From an uncultured Dehalococcoidia bacterium (GTDB lineage Bacteria > Chloroflexota > Dehalococcoidia > UBA6926): a stretch of 64,000 bases of DNA. The stretch spans positions 213,975-277,974 of the forward strand of contig CAZZAN010000002.1 in assembly GCA_964653005.1 (NCBI GenBank). Reading direction: 5' to 3'. Positions 33,083 to 43,253 of the stretch are shown here, one piece after another (within the stretch, counting starts at the first letter, position 1; every line of letters starts with the position of its first letter). The notes under the pieces were generated by a model. It ran no database searches, was not told the DNA's origin, and saw only the letters and a program-made list of their open reading frames with translations. The translations under genes and the position numbers were made by a program.

Positions 33083-33820
33083 CTACTCGTTGTTGCGCCA
33101 CTTGGGTAGGCCGCGCATGCCTTGCATGAGGTAGGAGGCGGCGAGTGCGCCAATGCCGGCTCCAATCAAGGGGCCGATCCAGTAGATGTAGTGGTTCGTC
33201 CAGTAGCCGGAGATGAGGGCCGGGGCGAAAGAGCGCGCGGGATTTAGGGACGCGCCCGTCAGCGGGCCACCCATCAGCGCGGCGAGGGTGATTGTCATGC
33301 CGATGGCAATGGGAGCGATGGTGGATGGGCCGTTTTCGTCAATAGCCACCTGGAAGATGACGAATACGAGGATGAAAGTCAATGCAGCCTCGATGAGGAT
33401 GCCGATGGCGGGGGACACATCACCGTGGAGGGCCGTCGCGCCGAGGTTGGTTGACTCCGCGGCGTTGGCCAGATCTGTCAGGTCGCCCGCGCCGGAGAAG
33501 ACGGCACTCAGGATGAGGACGCCAACGATGCCGCCGAGCAGCTGGGAGCCCCAATAGGCGAGGGCGGTCAGCGGTCGAATCTTGCCGGCGATGAGGAATC
33601 CAAAGGTGACGGCGGGGTTGAAGTGCGCGCCGGAGATGTGGCCGACGGCTGAGACGCCGATGAAGATAGCAAAGCCATGCGCGAAAGCGATCACGATGAG
33701 GTTGTCGCCGCCGGGGTTTGTCGCCGTGGCGGTGAGAATCGAGCCTGCTCCGATGAAGAGCAGAACGAAGGCTCCAAATGCCTCAGCCAGTGATAGCTTG
33801 ACGATCTCCGGTATCTGCAC
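33083..33820 (-). CDS. MIP-family aquaporin/glycerol facilitator
   Basis: Two NPA boxes (HFNPAVTF, LNPARSF) and six predicted TM segments. Confidence 0.85.
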   Translation of the reverse strand: MQIPEIVKLSLAEAFGAFVLLFIGAGSILTATATNPGGDNLIVIAFAHGFAIFIGVSAVGHISGAHFNPAVTFGFLIAGKIRPLTALAYWGSQLLGGIVGVLILSAVFSGAGDLTDLANAAESTNLGATALHGDVSPAIGILIEAALTFILVFVIFQVAIDENGPSTIAPIAIGMTITLAALMGGPLTGASLNPARSFAPALISGYWTNHYIYWIGPLIGAGIGALAASYLMQGMRGLPKWRNNE

Positions 33821-33856
33821 AGCCGCCTCCCGATTACCCCTAGGTCGATTGGCTTC

Positions 33857-34894
33857 CTAGGTTGTCAGGATGATCTTGCCGAAAAAGTCGCGCGATTCCA
33901 TCAAACGGTGCGCGTCCGCCGTTTCCGAGAGCGGGAACACGCGCCCGACCGTGCCTTTGAGCTTGCCCTGGTGCGTGAGCTGCATGATTCGCTCGAAGTC
34001 GGACGTTCTGAATCCGCCGATACCCATAATCTCCAGCCCTCGCAGGAAGACCTGGCCGAGGTGGAGTGAGACGCGATGGCCGGCGGTGACACCGCACGTA
34101 ACAAAACGCCCCTGTCGCGCCATGACGCGGAAGCTGCCGTCCCAGAGCGGCGCGCCGACATTGTCGATGACCGCGTCAACACCCTCGTTCTCCGTGAGGG
34201 CTATGACGATCTCCGGCCACGTCTCGCCGTCCTCGTAGCTGACGGTTTCGTCCGCGCCCATCTCGCGGGCGCGATCAAGTTTCCAGTCGGAACCGGCAGT
34301 TGCGATGACGCGGCAGCCGAGCAGTTTCGCAATCTGCAAGGCGGCGGTTCCGACTCCGCTGCCAATCGCATGGATGAGCACGGTTTCGCCGGGTTGGACC
34401 CGCGCTTTGGCGGTCAACATTCGCCATGCGGTCTTGTAGACGATGGGCATGGCGGCGGCTTCTTCAAATGAGAGTTCATCAGGAATGACGTGGACAGCGC
34501 GGGTGGGGACGGCGATCATCTCGGCATAGGTGCCGTGCAGGCGTGAGCCGAGGTCATAGCGGTTCATGCAGTCTTCATCACGGCCAAGCCGGCAATAGTG
34601 GCACAACTGGCAGGGCATCCGCGGGTCTGCGACAACGCGCATGCCGGGTACGATTCCTGCCTCAATGGCCACCATGCCCACGTTCTCGACCTCTCCGGCC
34701 ATATCTAGGCCGAGGATGCGCGGGAGGTTGACCATGACGCCGTTCTCGCCGGCGCGGGCGTTCAGATCGAAGCGGTTGACGGAGGCGGCGCGGACGCGGA
34801 TAAGCACCTGGTCGTCGGCCATCTCCGGGTCCGGCATATCGCCGTAGACGAGGTTCTCAGGCCCGCCGCGTTCCTCGATATAGACGGCTTTCAT
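33857..34894 (-). CDS. zinc-type alcohol dehydrogenase / MDR-family oxidoreductase
   Basis: MKAVYIEERGGPENL, structural-zinc Cys cluster CQLCHYCRLGRDEDC, Rossmann GSGVGTAA. Confidence 0.8.
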   Translation of the reverse strand: MKAVYIEERGGPENLVYGDMPDPEMADDQVLIRVRAASVNRFDLNARAGENGVMVNLPRILGLDMAGEVENVGMVAIEAGIVPGMRVVADPRMPCQLCHYCRLGRDEDCMNRYDLGSRLHGTYAEMIAVPTRAVHVIPDELSFEEAAAMPIVYKTAWRMLTAKARVQPGETVLIHAIGSGVGTAALQIAKLLGCRVIATAGSDWKLDRAREMGADETVSYEDGETWPEIVIALTENEGVDAVIDNVGAPLWDGSFRVMARQGRFVTCGVTAGHRVSLHLGQVFLRGLEIMGIGGFRTSDFERIMQLTHQGKLKGTVGRVFPLSETADAHRLMESRDFFGKIILTT

Positions 34895-34912
34895 GGCCGC
34901 TCTCCTTCAGGG

Positions 34913-35074
34913 CTAACTGCCCTCGGCGGACTCGGAGCCGGGCATGCCCTCCGGCTCGCGAATCTTGCTGTGCATTGCGATGTAGAGCGTCGGCACGACG
35001 AGTACAACCACAAAGCCCAGCAGGACCATCGGCCCCAGGATCATCAGGGCTACCACCGTCGGAATGGCCCACAT
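34913..35074 (-). CDS. small hydrophobic membrane protein (53 aa; below the ORF-track cutoff)
   Basis: ATG 35074 lies 16 nt after the pdxA stop, preceded by RBS GGGAGGAAG. Translates to MWAIPTVVALMILGPMVLLGFVVVLVVPTLYIAMHSKIREPEGMPGSESAEGS. Confidence 0.45.
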   Translation of the reverse strand: MWAIPTVVALMILGPMVLLGFVVVLVVPTLYIAMHSKIREPEGMPGSESAEGS

Positions 35075-35090
35075 AGCTTCCTCCCTTACC

Positions 35091-36173
35091 CTAGACGCGA
35101 GCGGGCGCTTGATGCGCCTCCTGCTCGATGTTAGCGGTGTCCAAGCCGCGTCCGGTTGCGAGCAGGGCTGCGGTGCGGATGGCGGCGCTCATGCTGACGG
35201 CCTCCGCCGCGCCCGTACCCGCAATATCATATGCCGTGCCGTGATCAACGGACGTGCGCACGAACGGCAGGCCCAGGTTGACGCTAACACTGCCGTGAAA
35301 GTCGTGCATCTTGACGGCGATGTGCCCCTGATCGTGATAGAGGGCGATGACGGCGTCGTAGTGTCCGGCAGCGGCGGAAAGGAACACAGAGTCCGCGGGC
35401 AGCGGTCCTTCGGCCACGATGCCCTCTACGACGGCCTGCTCAACGGCGGGGCCGATCTCCTCGATCTCTTCACGCCCAAGCAGGCCGGCGTCGCCTCCGT
35501 GCGGATTGAGGGCCGCGACGGCGATGCGCGGCTGGGCGACACCCCACTTTCTGAATTCGCGGTCGGTGAGGCGCAGTCGGGCAAGAATGCGGTCTTTGGT
35601 GACGTACTTGTAGGCATCGCGGAACGGAACGTGGGTAGTGAGGTGGACGGCGCGGAGTCGGTGCGCCATGAGCATGGTGGCAATCTCCGTGATGCCCGCC
35701 ATGCGCGCAAGCACTTCCTGATGACCGATCTCCTGGTAGCCGGCCAGATGCACGGCTTCCTTGTTGATGGGTGCGGTGGAGATGGCCTGGATGCGGTTTT
35801 CGAGGGCAAGGTTGGCAGCGAGTTCGATGGATGAGATAGATACAACGCCGCCCGCGATGGTCGGTTCGCCGTAGGGGATTTCGCTTGCGCCGGGCGTGTC
35901 GATGTTCCAGACGGGCACCGTTGCGCCGTCCCACTCAACGTCCGCCAACTGCTCGCGGGAATCGACATGCATGAGCGGCAGGCCACCGGCGAACCGCTTG
36001 GCAGACATCTCCGCCACGGCGTAGCTGCCGACTATGAGCGGCCTGCAGAGGCCGAGGCGCAGATCATCGTTGGCGGCAAGCGCCTTAACGACGACCTCAG
36101 GGCCGATGCCCGCCGGATCGCCAAGCGTGATGGCGACGATGGGCGGGTCTGCGTTGGCACCGTTGGTTGTCAT
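35091..36173 (-). CDS. pdxA: 4-hydroxythreonine-4-phosphate dehydrogenase
   Basis: ITLGDPAGIGPEVV, ALNPHGGDAG, YHDQGHIAVK, TSVDHGTAYDIAGTG. Confidence 0.9.
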   Translation of the reverse strand: MTTNGANADPPIVAITLGDPAGIGPEVVVKALAANDDLRLGLCRPLIVGSYAVAEMSAKRFAGGLPLMHVDSREQLADVEWDGATVPVWNIDTPGASEIPYGEPTIAGGVVSISSIELAANLALENRIQAISTAPINKEAVHLAGYQEIGHQEVLARMAGITEIATMLMAHRLRAVHLTTHVPFRDAYKYVTKDRILARLRLTDREFRKWGVAQPRIAVAALNPHGGDAGLLGREEIEEIGPAVEQAVVEGIVAEGPLPADSVFLSAAAGHYDAVIALYHDQGHIAVKMHDFHGSVSVNLGLPFVRTSVDHGTAYDIAGTGAAEAVSMSAAIRTAALLATGRGLDTANIEQEAHQAPARV

Positions 36174-36194
36174 AGCGTGTCCATTGTACGCCTT

Positions 36195-36223
36195 GCCGTT
36201 CGACAGGCTCAGGGTGAGCGGGG
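36195..36223. repeat. hairpin repeat family A (partial)
   Basis: gccgttcgacaggctcagggtgagcgggg. Confidence 0.65.
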
Positions 36224-37087
36224 TTAGTAGCCCTTGAATTCTGAGGGGCGCTTTTCTATGAAGGAGCGGACGCCCTCGTCGTAGTCGTGGGTTTCGCGGG
36301 TGTGCTGGTGGGCGGCGTCGATGTACTTCCAGTGCTCGCCGTAGCCTTTGGTGTGGATCTCCCGCACCATGTGCTTGACCAGCTGTTGCGTGACGGCAGG
36401 GCCCTGCGCCATCTTGCGTCCCAGCTCCTGCGCGGCGGGCATCAATTCATCCGGCTCATAGACGCGGTTGACGAGGCCGAACCGGTGCGCGTCTTCGGCG
36501 CTGAGCGCCTCCCCGGCGAGGAGCATCTCCATCGCGATGCCATGGGGCAGGAGATAGGGGGCCCAGTATGCTCCGCCATCAAGGGGAACCAGGCTGCGGC
36601 GCACATAGACCTCAATGAAGCGGGCGTTGGTGCTGGCGAGTCGGATATCGCAGGCGAGGGCAAGATCACAGCCCGCGCCCGCCGCGACGCCGTTGACCGC
36701 GGCGATGGTCGGCTTATCCAGTTCCCAGACCTGCATGTGGATGCGGCGTCCGTTGAGGGTCTCGTTCTTCAAGCGCTCTTCGGCGGACATGGTGGGCACG
36801 TTCCAGCCGCCGCGCTGGCGGTTTTCCTTCTCCTTCATGAAGTGCGGCATGGGGCGGTCGCCGCCTGCGCCCGCCATGGGGCCGACGTCGCCGCCGGCGG
36901 AGAATGAGCGTCCTGAGCCGGTGAAGATGACGACGCGGTCGTCGGGGTTCGCCGCGATGAGATCCAGCTCGACGGTCATCTCCTCCATGAGGGGAATCAG
37001 CCAGGGATTCAGCGCCTCCGGCACGTTGAACGTGATCGTCACAACACCCAGATCGTCGCGTTCGACGGTGATGTATTGATGCTCCAT
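36224..37087 (-). CDS. enoyl-CoA hydratase/isomerase (crotonase) family protein
   Basis: VTITFNVPEALN, FSAGGD, AAVNGVAAGAGCDLALACD. Confidence 0.85.
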   Translation of the reverse strand: MEHQYITVERDDLGVVTITFNVPEALNPWLIPLMEEMTVELDLIAANPDDRVVIFTGSGRSFSAGGDVGPMAGAGGDRPMPHFMKEKENRQRGGWNVPTMSAEERLKNETLNGRRIHMQVWELDKPTIAAVNGVAAGAGCDLALACDIRLASTNARFIEVYVRRSLVPLDGGAYWAPYLLPHGIAMEMLLAGEALSAEDAHRFGLVNRVYEPDELMPAAQELGRKMAQGPAVTQQLVKHMVREIHTKGYGEHWKYIDAAHQHTRETHDYDEGVRSFIEKRPSEFKGY

Positions 37088-37148
37088 TTGACCCCACTCC
37101 CCTGTTTGCTTGGCCTGCGTGCCCTGATTGTACGCCTTGCGGTGTTGG

Positions 37149-37949
37149 CTACGAGAGGCCGGTCAGGATGAGGCGGATGCCGACGACGCCGAGGCCGATT
37201 GCAAGGATGCGGACGATCCACGGGGCGGAGATCTTGCGGGAGACGCGCGCGCCGACCTGCGCGCCGATGATGGCTCCGATGCCGAGCAGGGCTATGGGCA
37301 GGATTTTGTCCAGCAACGGCGATTCGGCGATGTGGACGGCGATTGCAGCGGGGCTTGTGATCAGGATGACGAGTTGCGACGTTGCGGTGGCGAGATGGGC
37401 GGGGAAGACGAATGCCTGCACGATGATGGGGACCATGGCGATGCCGCCGCCGACGCCGAGCAGGCCACCCATCGTGCCCGTCGCGAGGCCGACGATGCCG
37501 AGCATGATTGTACGCTTGCGAGTCAGCGGGACACGGGCTTCTTCTGCCTCTTCCAGCGTGCGCGCCGCGCCGCGACCGCGGATGGGTCTGATAAGCAGAT
37601 AGGTCATGAGGATAAGGGCTGCGACGCCGAACACGGTTTGAAACGCGCCGCGCTCGAGCTGCTCAACGATGTACGCGCCGATGGCCATACCAAACAGGCC
37701 GGTGACGGCCATGACGGCGGCCCAACGATACTCGATGCGCTTCTGCCGGACATAGGCGACGGTGGAGGAGAGGGATGTCATCAGCACCATCGATTGCGAC
37801 ATGCCGGTGATAATGCCGGGTGTTTCATCGGGCAGGACAATGAGGAGGATGGGGACGGCGATAAAGCCGCCGCCCGCGCCGATGAGCGCGCCGACGGTTC
37901 CGGCCACAAAGCCGAGAAATGGCATCAGCCACAGGATGAAGTCTTCCAT
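37149..37949 (-). CDS. TauE/SafE-family anion exporter
   Basis: Glycine-rich multi-TM protein with internal duplication (GALIGAGGGFIAVP / GGLLGVGGGIAMVP). Start set at ATG 37949 (MEDFILWLMPF). Confidence 0.7.
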   Translation of the reverse strand: MEDFILWLMPFLGFVAGTVGALIGAGGGFIAVPILLIVLPDETPGIITGMSQSMVLMTSLSSTVAYVRQKRIEYRWAAVMAVTGLFGMAIGAYIVEQLERGAFQTVFGVAALILMTYLLIRPIRGRGAARTLEEAEEARVPLTRKRTIMLGIVGLATGTMGGLLGVGGGIAMVPIIVQAFVFPAHLATATSQLVILITSPAAIAVHIAESPLLDKILPIALLGIGAIIGAQVGARVSRKISAPWIVRILAIGLGVVGIRLILTGLS

Positions 37950-38022
37950 GCTGTCACTATGGCACGGATGGGGTGTGGAGAGTCTTGGGATGGCGGGGAT
38001 AATAATCTGTAAGGGAGGGCAG

Positions 38023-38439
38023 ATGAGAAACGGAGGGGTTCGTTTTCTAGCGCTCGGCCTCTTGGCCCTTGTAGGTCTACTTCTGTTCGCTGTGCTGTCG
38101 ACATTTTTGGGCAGCTCAACCAGTCTGCGGGGGGAGATCACACTTCAGGGGGCGGACGGCGAGATTGAGATTCCGGTGGCGCGGGTTGTGGTCCGGCTTT
38201 CGGATGTTTCGTACGCGGATGCCTCCTCTGTGACTATTGCCGAGGCGGAGTACTCCGATGTGACATCTCTCCCACTGGCATACAAGCTGGAGTGGGACGA
38301 GCCCCTCAGTGACAGGAATCGGTACTCCGTCGGGGCACGTTTCTACAACAGCGCCGGCGAACTCATTTACATCAATGACACATCCTGGGCGGTCGAACGC
38401 GGCGACAGGAGAGTGGACTTCTTCGTGATTAGAGTCTGA
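38023..38439 (+). CDS. exported hypothetical protein
   Basis: N-terminal signal/TM (FLALGLLALVGLLLFAVL). RBS AAGGGAGGG before ATG 38023. The track extension 37762-38022 is antisense to the TauE gene. Confidence 0.55.
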   Translation: MRNGGVRFLALGLLALVGLLLFAVLSTFLGSSTSLRGEITLQGADGEIEIPVARVVVRLSDVSYADASSVTIAEAEYSDVTSLPLAYKLEWDEPLSDRNRYSVGARFYNSAGELIYINDTSWAVERGDRRVDFFVIRV

Positions 38440-38532
38440 ACGCGGGCCTCCCGCTTGCCACCCTCTACTTCTCGCTCACACAATCTAGCTATCGGGTCAT
38501 TAACCGGATGCTGATCTCAGGGGGAAATTCGA

Positions 38533-39309
38533 ATGAGGCTTGAGGGGAAGACGGTTCTGGTTTCGGGAGCGGGGCCTGGGATGGGACGGGCCACTGCCCT
38601 GCTGTGCGTTCAGGAGGGGGCGACGGTAATCCTCGTGGCACGGCGGCAAGAGCACCTAGATGAGACACTGCAGATCATTCGGCGTCTGGGGACGCCTGCG
38701 GCGGAGGCGGCCGTCGCGATTACCGGAAACGTTGCCGATGGTGCGGACGCGGAACGAATCGTGCTTGCGGCGCGGGATGCAGGCGGCGGACAACTCGATG
38801 TGCTCTACAGCGGTGGGGGCGGGTTCTTTGATCCGTCCGTGACGTTGAGCGAGGTGGAGCCAAGCTTCTGGCGGGAGGCCATCGGGAACACGATGGAGGG
38901 GCCGTCAAACCTAGCGCGGGCCGCGCAGCCGGTGATGAAACGGCAAGGCGGCGGTTCGATCATCTTCATCACGGCGAGCGAGAGCGTGCAGCGCGGATCA
39001 AACGTTGCGTACGGCGCGGCGAAGGCCGGGGTTATCGGGCTGGCGCGCAACCTCGCACGGGAGCTGTGGCAGGACAATATCCGGGTGAACGTGGTTGCGC
39101 CGGGGTTGATTCGCCAACGGCTTGGCGCGGACGCGGAGGGCATCGACGTGCCGGAGCAGGCGCTGTCGCGGCGCGGTCATGTGTCGGATGTTGCACACGC
39201 GGCGCTGTATTTTGCATCGGACGAGTCGGCGTGGGTGACGGGGCAGATTCTTTCCGTGGACGGCGGCGTGGACGCGGGCGGCCGGGGACTGTGGGATTTG
39301 GAGCGGTAA
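38533..39309 (+). CDS. short-chain dehydrogenase/reductase
   Basis: VSGAGPGMGRA (TGxxxGxG-like), catalytic YGAAKAG, PGLI. Confidence 0.85.
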   Translation: MRLEGKTVLVSGAGPGMGRATALLCVQEGATVILVARRQEHLDETLQIIRRLGTPAAEAAVAITGNVADGADAERIVLAARDAGGGQLDVLYSGGGGFFDPSVTLSEVEPSFWREAIGNTMEGPSNLARAAQPVMKRQGGGSIIFITASESVQRGSNVAYGAAKAGVIGLARNLARELWQDNIRVNVVAPGLIRQRLGADAEGIDVPEQALSRRGHVSDVAHAALYFASDESAWVTGQILSVDGGVDAGGRGLWDLER

Positions 39310-39391
39310 CTGCGTTACGGCTTAAGGCTTTCGCGGCGGGGCGGCAAATGCCATAATGCGGCATCCACGGGGGAGGATGGGTGGCGAGTCC

Positions 39392-40645
39392 ATGACAAGC
39401 CAACAAGACACTGAGCGGCGGGGGGCCGCCGTCTTGCCGTTGACCGGCCTGCGGGTCATCGATTTAACGTGGCACGCTGCGGGGCCGTTTAGCACACGGC
39501 GTCTCGCAGATTGGGGCGCTGACGTTATCAAGATCGAGCGGCCTGAGGTCGGCGATCCCGCGCGGGATATGCCGCCGTTCTATAAGGACGAACCCGGCCT
39601 CGAGCGCAGTGGGCTGTTCATGTACATCAACCTCGGCAAGCGCTCCATGACGCTCAATCTCAAGTCGGAGCGCGGGCGGCAGATTGTTCTCGATCTCGCG
39701 AAGGACGCGGACGTGCTGGTTGAGAGCTTCAGCCCTCGCGTGATGCCGTCGCTGGGGCTGGACTACGAGACGCTGCGTGAGGTTAACCCGCGCCTCCTTG
39801 TGACATCCATCAGCAACTATGGACAAACGGGCCCGTACCGCGACTGGAAGGCGACGGACATAACGAGCTACGCGATGGGCGGGGCGATGATCAATACCGG
39901 CCACCCCGAGCGTGAGCCCCTGCACTTCGGCGGTCGCGTGGCGGCGTTCCAGGTTGGCGCAATGGCGGCAGCGGCAACGTCGATGCACCTGCTGGGCGTT
40001 GAGGCGACCGGCGAGGGCGACCACCTGGACGTGGGCGCGTTCCCAGTGTGGATGGGAGCCATCGATCGTCGGCAGAGCTACTTGATGGGCTACCAGTACG
40101 GCGGCGGAAACTCAACGCGCCCGTGGCCCGCAGGGGCAATCGGCTCCGGGACGTGGATCTGCCAGGACGGGTATTTCATGACGACGGCGGGGCCGGCGAT
40201 GTTCCCGCGGATGATGCAGATGGTGGGCATGGGCGATCTTCTCTCAACTCCGGAGTGGTCGACGCCCCTCGCGCGTTCGGCTCCGGAGCGGCTGGACGAG
40301 TCCCTGGCAGTTATCGTGCCGTGGATGCTGGAGCGCACCAAGAAGGAAATCCGCGCCGAGTGCCAGCAGTACGGCGTGCTTGGCGGCCCAATCAATTCAT
40401 TTGAAGACCTGCATACCGATGAGCACCTCAAACACCGGGAATTCTTCCAGGAGATCGATCATCCGACAACGGGGCCGATCGCCTACCCGGGATATCACGT
40501 GAAGCTGCACTTTGTGGACGGCAGTGGCCTGCCTGCTCGGAAACGCGCTCCCCTGCTGGGCGAGCATACGGATGAGATTCTTCGCGACGTGTTGGGACGC
40601 GACGAGGCAGAGATTGCCAGTCTGCGCTCGGAGGGGGTGGTGTAG
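39392..40645 (+). CDS. family III CoA-transferase (CaiB/BaiF), type A, copy 1
   Basis: LTGLRVIDLTWHAAGPF...ADWGADVIKIERPEVGDP...GKRSMTLNLKSERGR. Start uncertain (39356, 39377 or 39392). Confidence 0.85.
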   Translation: MTSQQDTERRGAAVLPLTGLRVIDLTWHAAGPFSTRRLADWGADVIKIERPEVGDPARDMPPFYKDEPGLERSGLFMYINLGKRSMTLNLKSERGRQIVLDLAKDADVLVESFSPRVMPSLGLDYETLREVNPRLLVTSISNYGQTGPYRDWKATDITSYAMGGAMINTGHPEREPLHFGGRVAAFQVGAMAAAATSMHLLGVEATGEGDHLDVGAFPVWMGAIDRRQSYLMGYQYGGGNSTRPWPAGAIGSGTWICQDGYFMTTAGPAMFPRMMQMVGMGDLLSTPEWSTPLARSAPERLDESLAVIVPWMLERTKKEIRAECQQYGVLGGPINSFEDLHTDEHLKHREFFQEIDHPTTGPIAYPGYHVKLHFVDGSGLPARKRAPLLGEHTDEILRDVLGRDEAEIASLRSEGVV

Positions 40646-40647
40646 GT

Positions 40648-41967
40648 ATGGTTAGCACCGGATCACGTCGGCTGCCGCTGGAGGGTGTGCGCATCCTGGA
40701 TATCACCGTCGTCTGGGCGGGGCCGTACGGCACGCAGCTACTCGCGGACTGGGGCGCGGAGATCATTCGCATCGAGTCCATCAAGCACTTCCCACCAACG
40801 ACGCGCGGCATGATGCCCTACCCGGACAGGAATATGCCGAGTTTGGGAGGCGGATCGGCGCAGTTCCCGGAGCATGAGCCCGGCAAGAGGCCGTGGAATC
40901 GCTGGGCGTCGTTCAACGCGCACGCCCGCAACAAGCGGAGCATGACCGTCGACCTAAGGCGTCCCGAGGGACAGGAGATCTTCGACCGCCTTCTGCAGAT
41001 ATCCGACGGAGTTATGGAAAACAATGTGCCCATCAGCATGGAGCGCGTGAACGTGACGTGGGAGCGCGTTCACAAGGTGAATCCGCGCGCTATCATGATC
41101 CGCCAACCGGCGTTCGGCATCGACGGCCCCTACAAGAACTACCGCACGTTCGGCAGCCATATGGCGGCGGTCGTGGGACATTACTCGTTCATGGGATACC
41201 GTGGCGAGAGTCCTGATATGACCGGCAATACGTTGACCGCGGACGCGGCGGGCGGAGCGGCGGGGGCGTTGGCGTTCTCCGCGGGGCTGCGCTACCGCGA
41301 CAAGACGGGCGAGGGACTATTCATCGAGCTGTCGACTGCCGAGAATTTCATGACGTACCTCGGAGATCAATTCATGGACTATTCCATGAACGGCCTCCGC
41401 ACCGAACACCAGGGGAATCGAGACCCTCAGTACGCGCCGCAGGGCGTGTATCCGTGCGTGGGTGACGACCGCTGGATCGCCATCAGCGTCCAGTCGGACG
41501 AGGCGTGGCGGGCGTTGACCGGAACAGTGATGCAGCGCCCTGATTTAGCATCTGACGACCGATTCGCGACACTTGCGGGCCGACAGCAGCACCACGACGA
41601 ATTAGACGTGGAACTGATGACATGGACGGTGACGCAGGATGCCATCGAGGCGATGAATGTACTGCAGGCGCACGGCATCGCTGCGGGCACGGTGATGGCG
41701 GAATCGGACGCCTTCTCAGACCCGCACCTTCAAGAACGCGGTTACTGGGAGGAGTTGACGGCCGAGGAGGTCGGGACGCACCTGTACACCGGAACGCTGT
41801 GGACGGCCAAGAACACGCCGCGACGTCACCGATGGGGGCCGCCGCGGATGGGAGAGGACAACGAGTACGTGTACAAGGAGCTGCTCGGATTCTCGGACAA
41901 GGAGTACGCCGAGTACGAAAAGGCGGGGCATATCGGCATGGACTACGACCTGGATCCGGCGGACTAG
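40648..41967 (+). CDS. family III CoA-transferase, type B, copy 1
   Basis: LEGVRILDITVVWAGPYGTQLLADWGAEIIRIES, with a long insertion before NKRSMTVDLRRPEGQ. Starts 2 nt after the upstream stop. Confidence 0.85.
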   Translation: MVSTGSRRLPLEGVRILDITVVWAGPYGTQLLADWGAEIIRIESIKHFPPTTRGMMPYPDRNMPSLGGGSAQFPEHEPGKRPWNRWASFNAHARNKRSMTVDLRRPEGQEIFDRLLQISDGVMENNVPISMERVNVTWERVHKVNPRAIMIRQPAFGIDGPYKNYRTFGSHMAAVVGHYSFMGYRGESPDMTGNTLTADAAGGAAGALAFSAGLRYRDKTGEGLFIELSTAENFMTYLGDQFMDYSMNGLRTEHQGNRDPQYAPQGVYPCVGDDRWIAISVQSDEAWRALTGTVMQRPDLASDDRFATLAGRQQHHDELDVELMTWTVTQDAIEAMNVLQAHGIAAGTVMAESDAFSDPHLQERGYWEELTAEEVGTHLYTGTLWTAKNTPRRHRWGPPRMGEDNEYVYKELLGFSDKEYAEYEKAGHIGMDYDLDPAD

Positions 41968-42003
41968 TCTGTATCCGGTGATTGGAATGGTGGGGGCACG
42001 CTG

Positions 42004-43236
42004 ATGACACTCGAACCAACCACAATCATGCCGCTGGATGATGTGCGGGTCATCGATCTGACGCACATGACATCCGGTCCGTTCGGGACACGCATCCTGG
42101 GCGATTATGGCGCGGACGTCATCAAGATCGAGCGGCCCGAGACCGGCGATCCAACGCGCGGGATGCCCCCGTTCTATCAAGATAAGCCGGGATTGGAGCG
42201 GAGCGGCCTGTTCATGTTCCTGAATACCAACAAGCGCTCCATCACGCTCGATCTCAAGTCGGAGCGCGGGCGGGAGATTGTGAAAGAACTCGTGAAGGGC
42301 GCGCAGATCGTGGTTGAAAGTTTTTCGCCCGGAACGATGGACGCGCTCGGTCTCGGCTATGAGGAACTTAAGAAGATCAATCCCAAGCTGGTCATGACGT
42401 CCATCTCAAATTACGGTCAGGACGGGCCGTATCGGGACTATATCGGCATTGAGCTGAACCTGTATTCGATGGGCGGGAGCATGATCAGCTCCGGCGATAT
42501 TGACAACGAGCCGCTCAAGACGGCCGGCCGCATGGTCAGCTACCACGCGGGCTATGCCGCCGCGCTGGCCTCCGCGCTGGGCCTGTTCCAAGTAGAGTTT
42601 CGCGACGCGGACGGCGATTACATGGACGTGAGCGTCTTTGAGACGGCCATGCACTCCATCGATATGCGGCTTGGCCGCCTGATGGGCTATCAATACACCG
42701 GGCATCTTGGGACGCGGCCGGGGCGCGCGGTGGCGGTGGGGGGCGGCGTGCACCCGTGCTCGGACGGCTATTTCCTGATGACGGGCGGGCCTCGGTTCAT
42801 CCCCAACATCATCCGGATGATCGGGATGGAGGAGCTTCTTGAGACGCCGGAATGGGGGACGGCGGAGGGCCGCGCGGACCCGGACCGCATCGACGAGTTT
42901 TTGGCGCACATCATTCCGTGGACATTGGACCGGACCAAAGAAGAGGTGCGCGCAGCGTGCGAGGAGTTCGCGGTGCTGGGCGGGCCGCTCAACACCATCG
43001 AAGACCTTGTTAACAATCCGCAGTTCGTCGCTCGCAACTATTTCCAGGAAATCGACCACCCGACAACAGGGCCTATCAAGTATCCGGGCTATCACAACAG
43101 GATGCACCGCGAGGGCGCGGAGATGCCGAAACGGCGGCGCGCCCCCCTGCTTGGAGAGCACACTGACGAGGTTTTGAGCGAACTTGGGCTGAGCGCTGAG
43201 GATGTTGCGGCGCTGCGCAAGGACGGGGTCGTTTAG
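42004..43236 (+). CDS. family III CoA-transferase, type A, copy 2
   Basis: Colinear with 39392-40645 (VRVIDLTHMTSGPFGTRILGDYGADVIKIERPETGDP...). Confidence 0.85.
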   Translation: MTLEPTTIMPLDDVRVIDLTHMTSGPFGTRILGDYGADVIKIERPETGDPTRGMPPFYQDKPGLERSGLFMFLNTNKRSITLDLKSERGREIVKELVKGAQIVVESFSPGTMDALGLGYEELKKINPKLVMTSISNYGQDGPYRDYIGIELNLYSMGGSMISSGDIDNEPLKTAGRMVSYHAGYAAALASALGLFQVEFRDADGDYMDVSVFETAMHSIDMRLGRLMGYQYTGHLGTRPGRAVAVGGGVHPCSDGYFLMTGGPRFIPNIIRMIGMEELLETPEWGTAEGRADPDRIDEFLAHIIPWTLDRTKEEVRAACEEFAVLGGPLNTIEDLVNNPQFVARNYFQEIDHPTTGPIKYPGYHNRMHREGAEMPKRRRAPLLGEHTDEVLSELGLSAEDVAALRKDGVV

Positions 43237-43253
43237 GAACGGAGCAAACAGCC

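Noticed and set aside
34857-35072. 71-aa minus-strand ORF from the track
   Set aside because: Implausible composition, and it overlaps the ADH start. A different frame gives a clean 53-aa membrane peptide with a strong RBS (34913-35074).
35064-35834. 256-aa plus-strand ORF
   Set aside because: Antisense shadow of pdxA.
37128-38012. 294-aa plus-strand ORF
   Set aside because: Antisense shadow of the TauE-family gene; Asp/Gly/Ala/Arg-rich and not protein-like.
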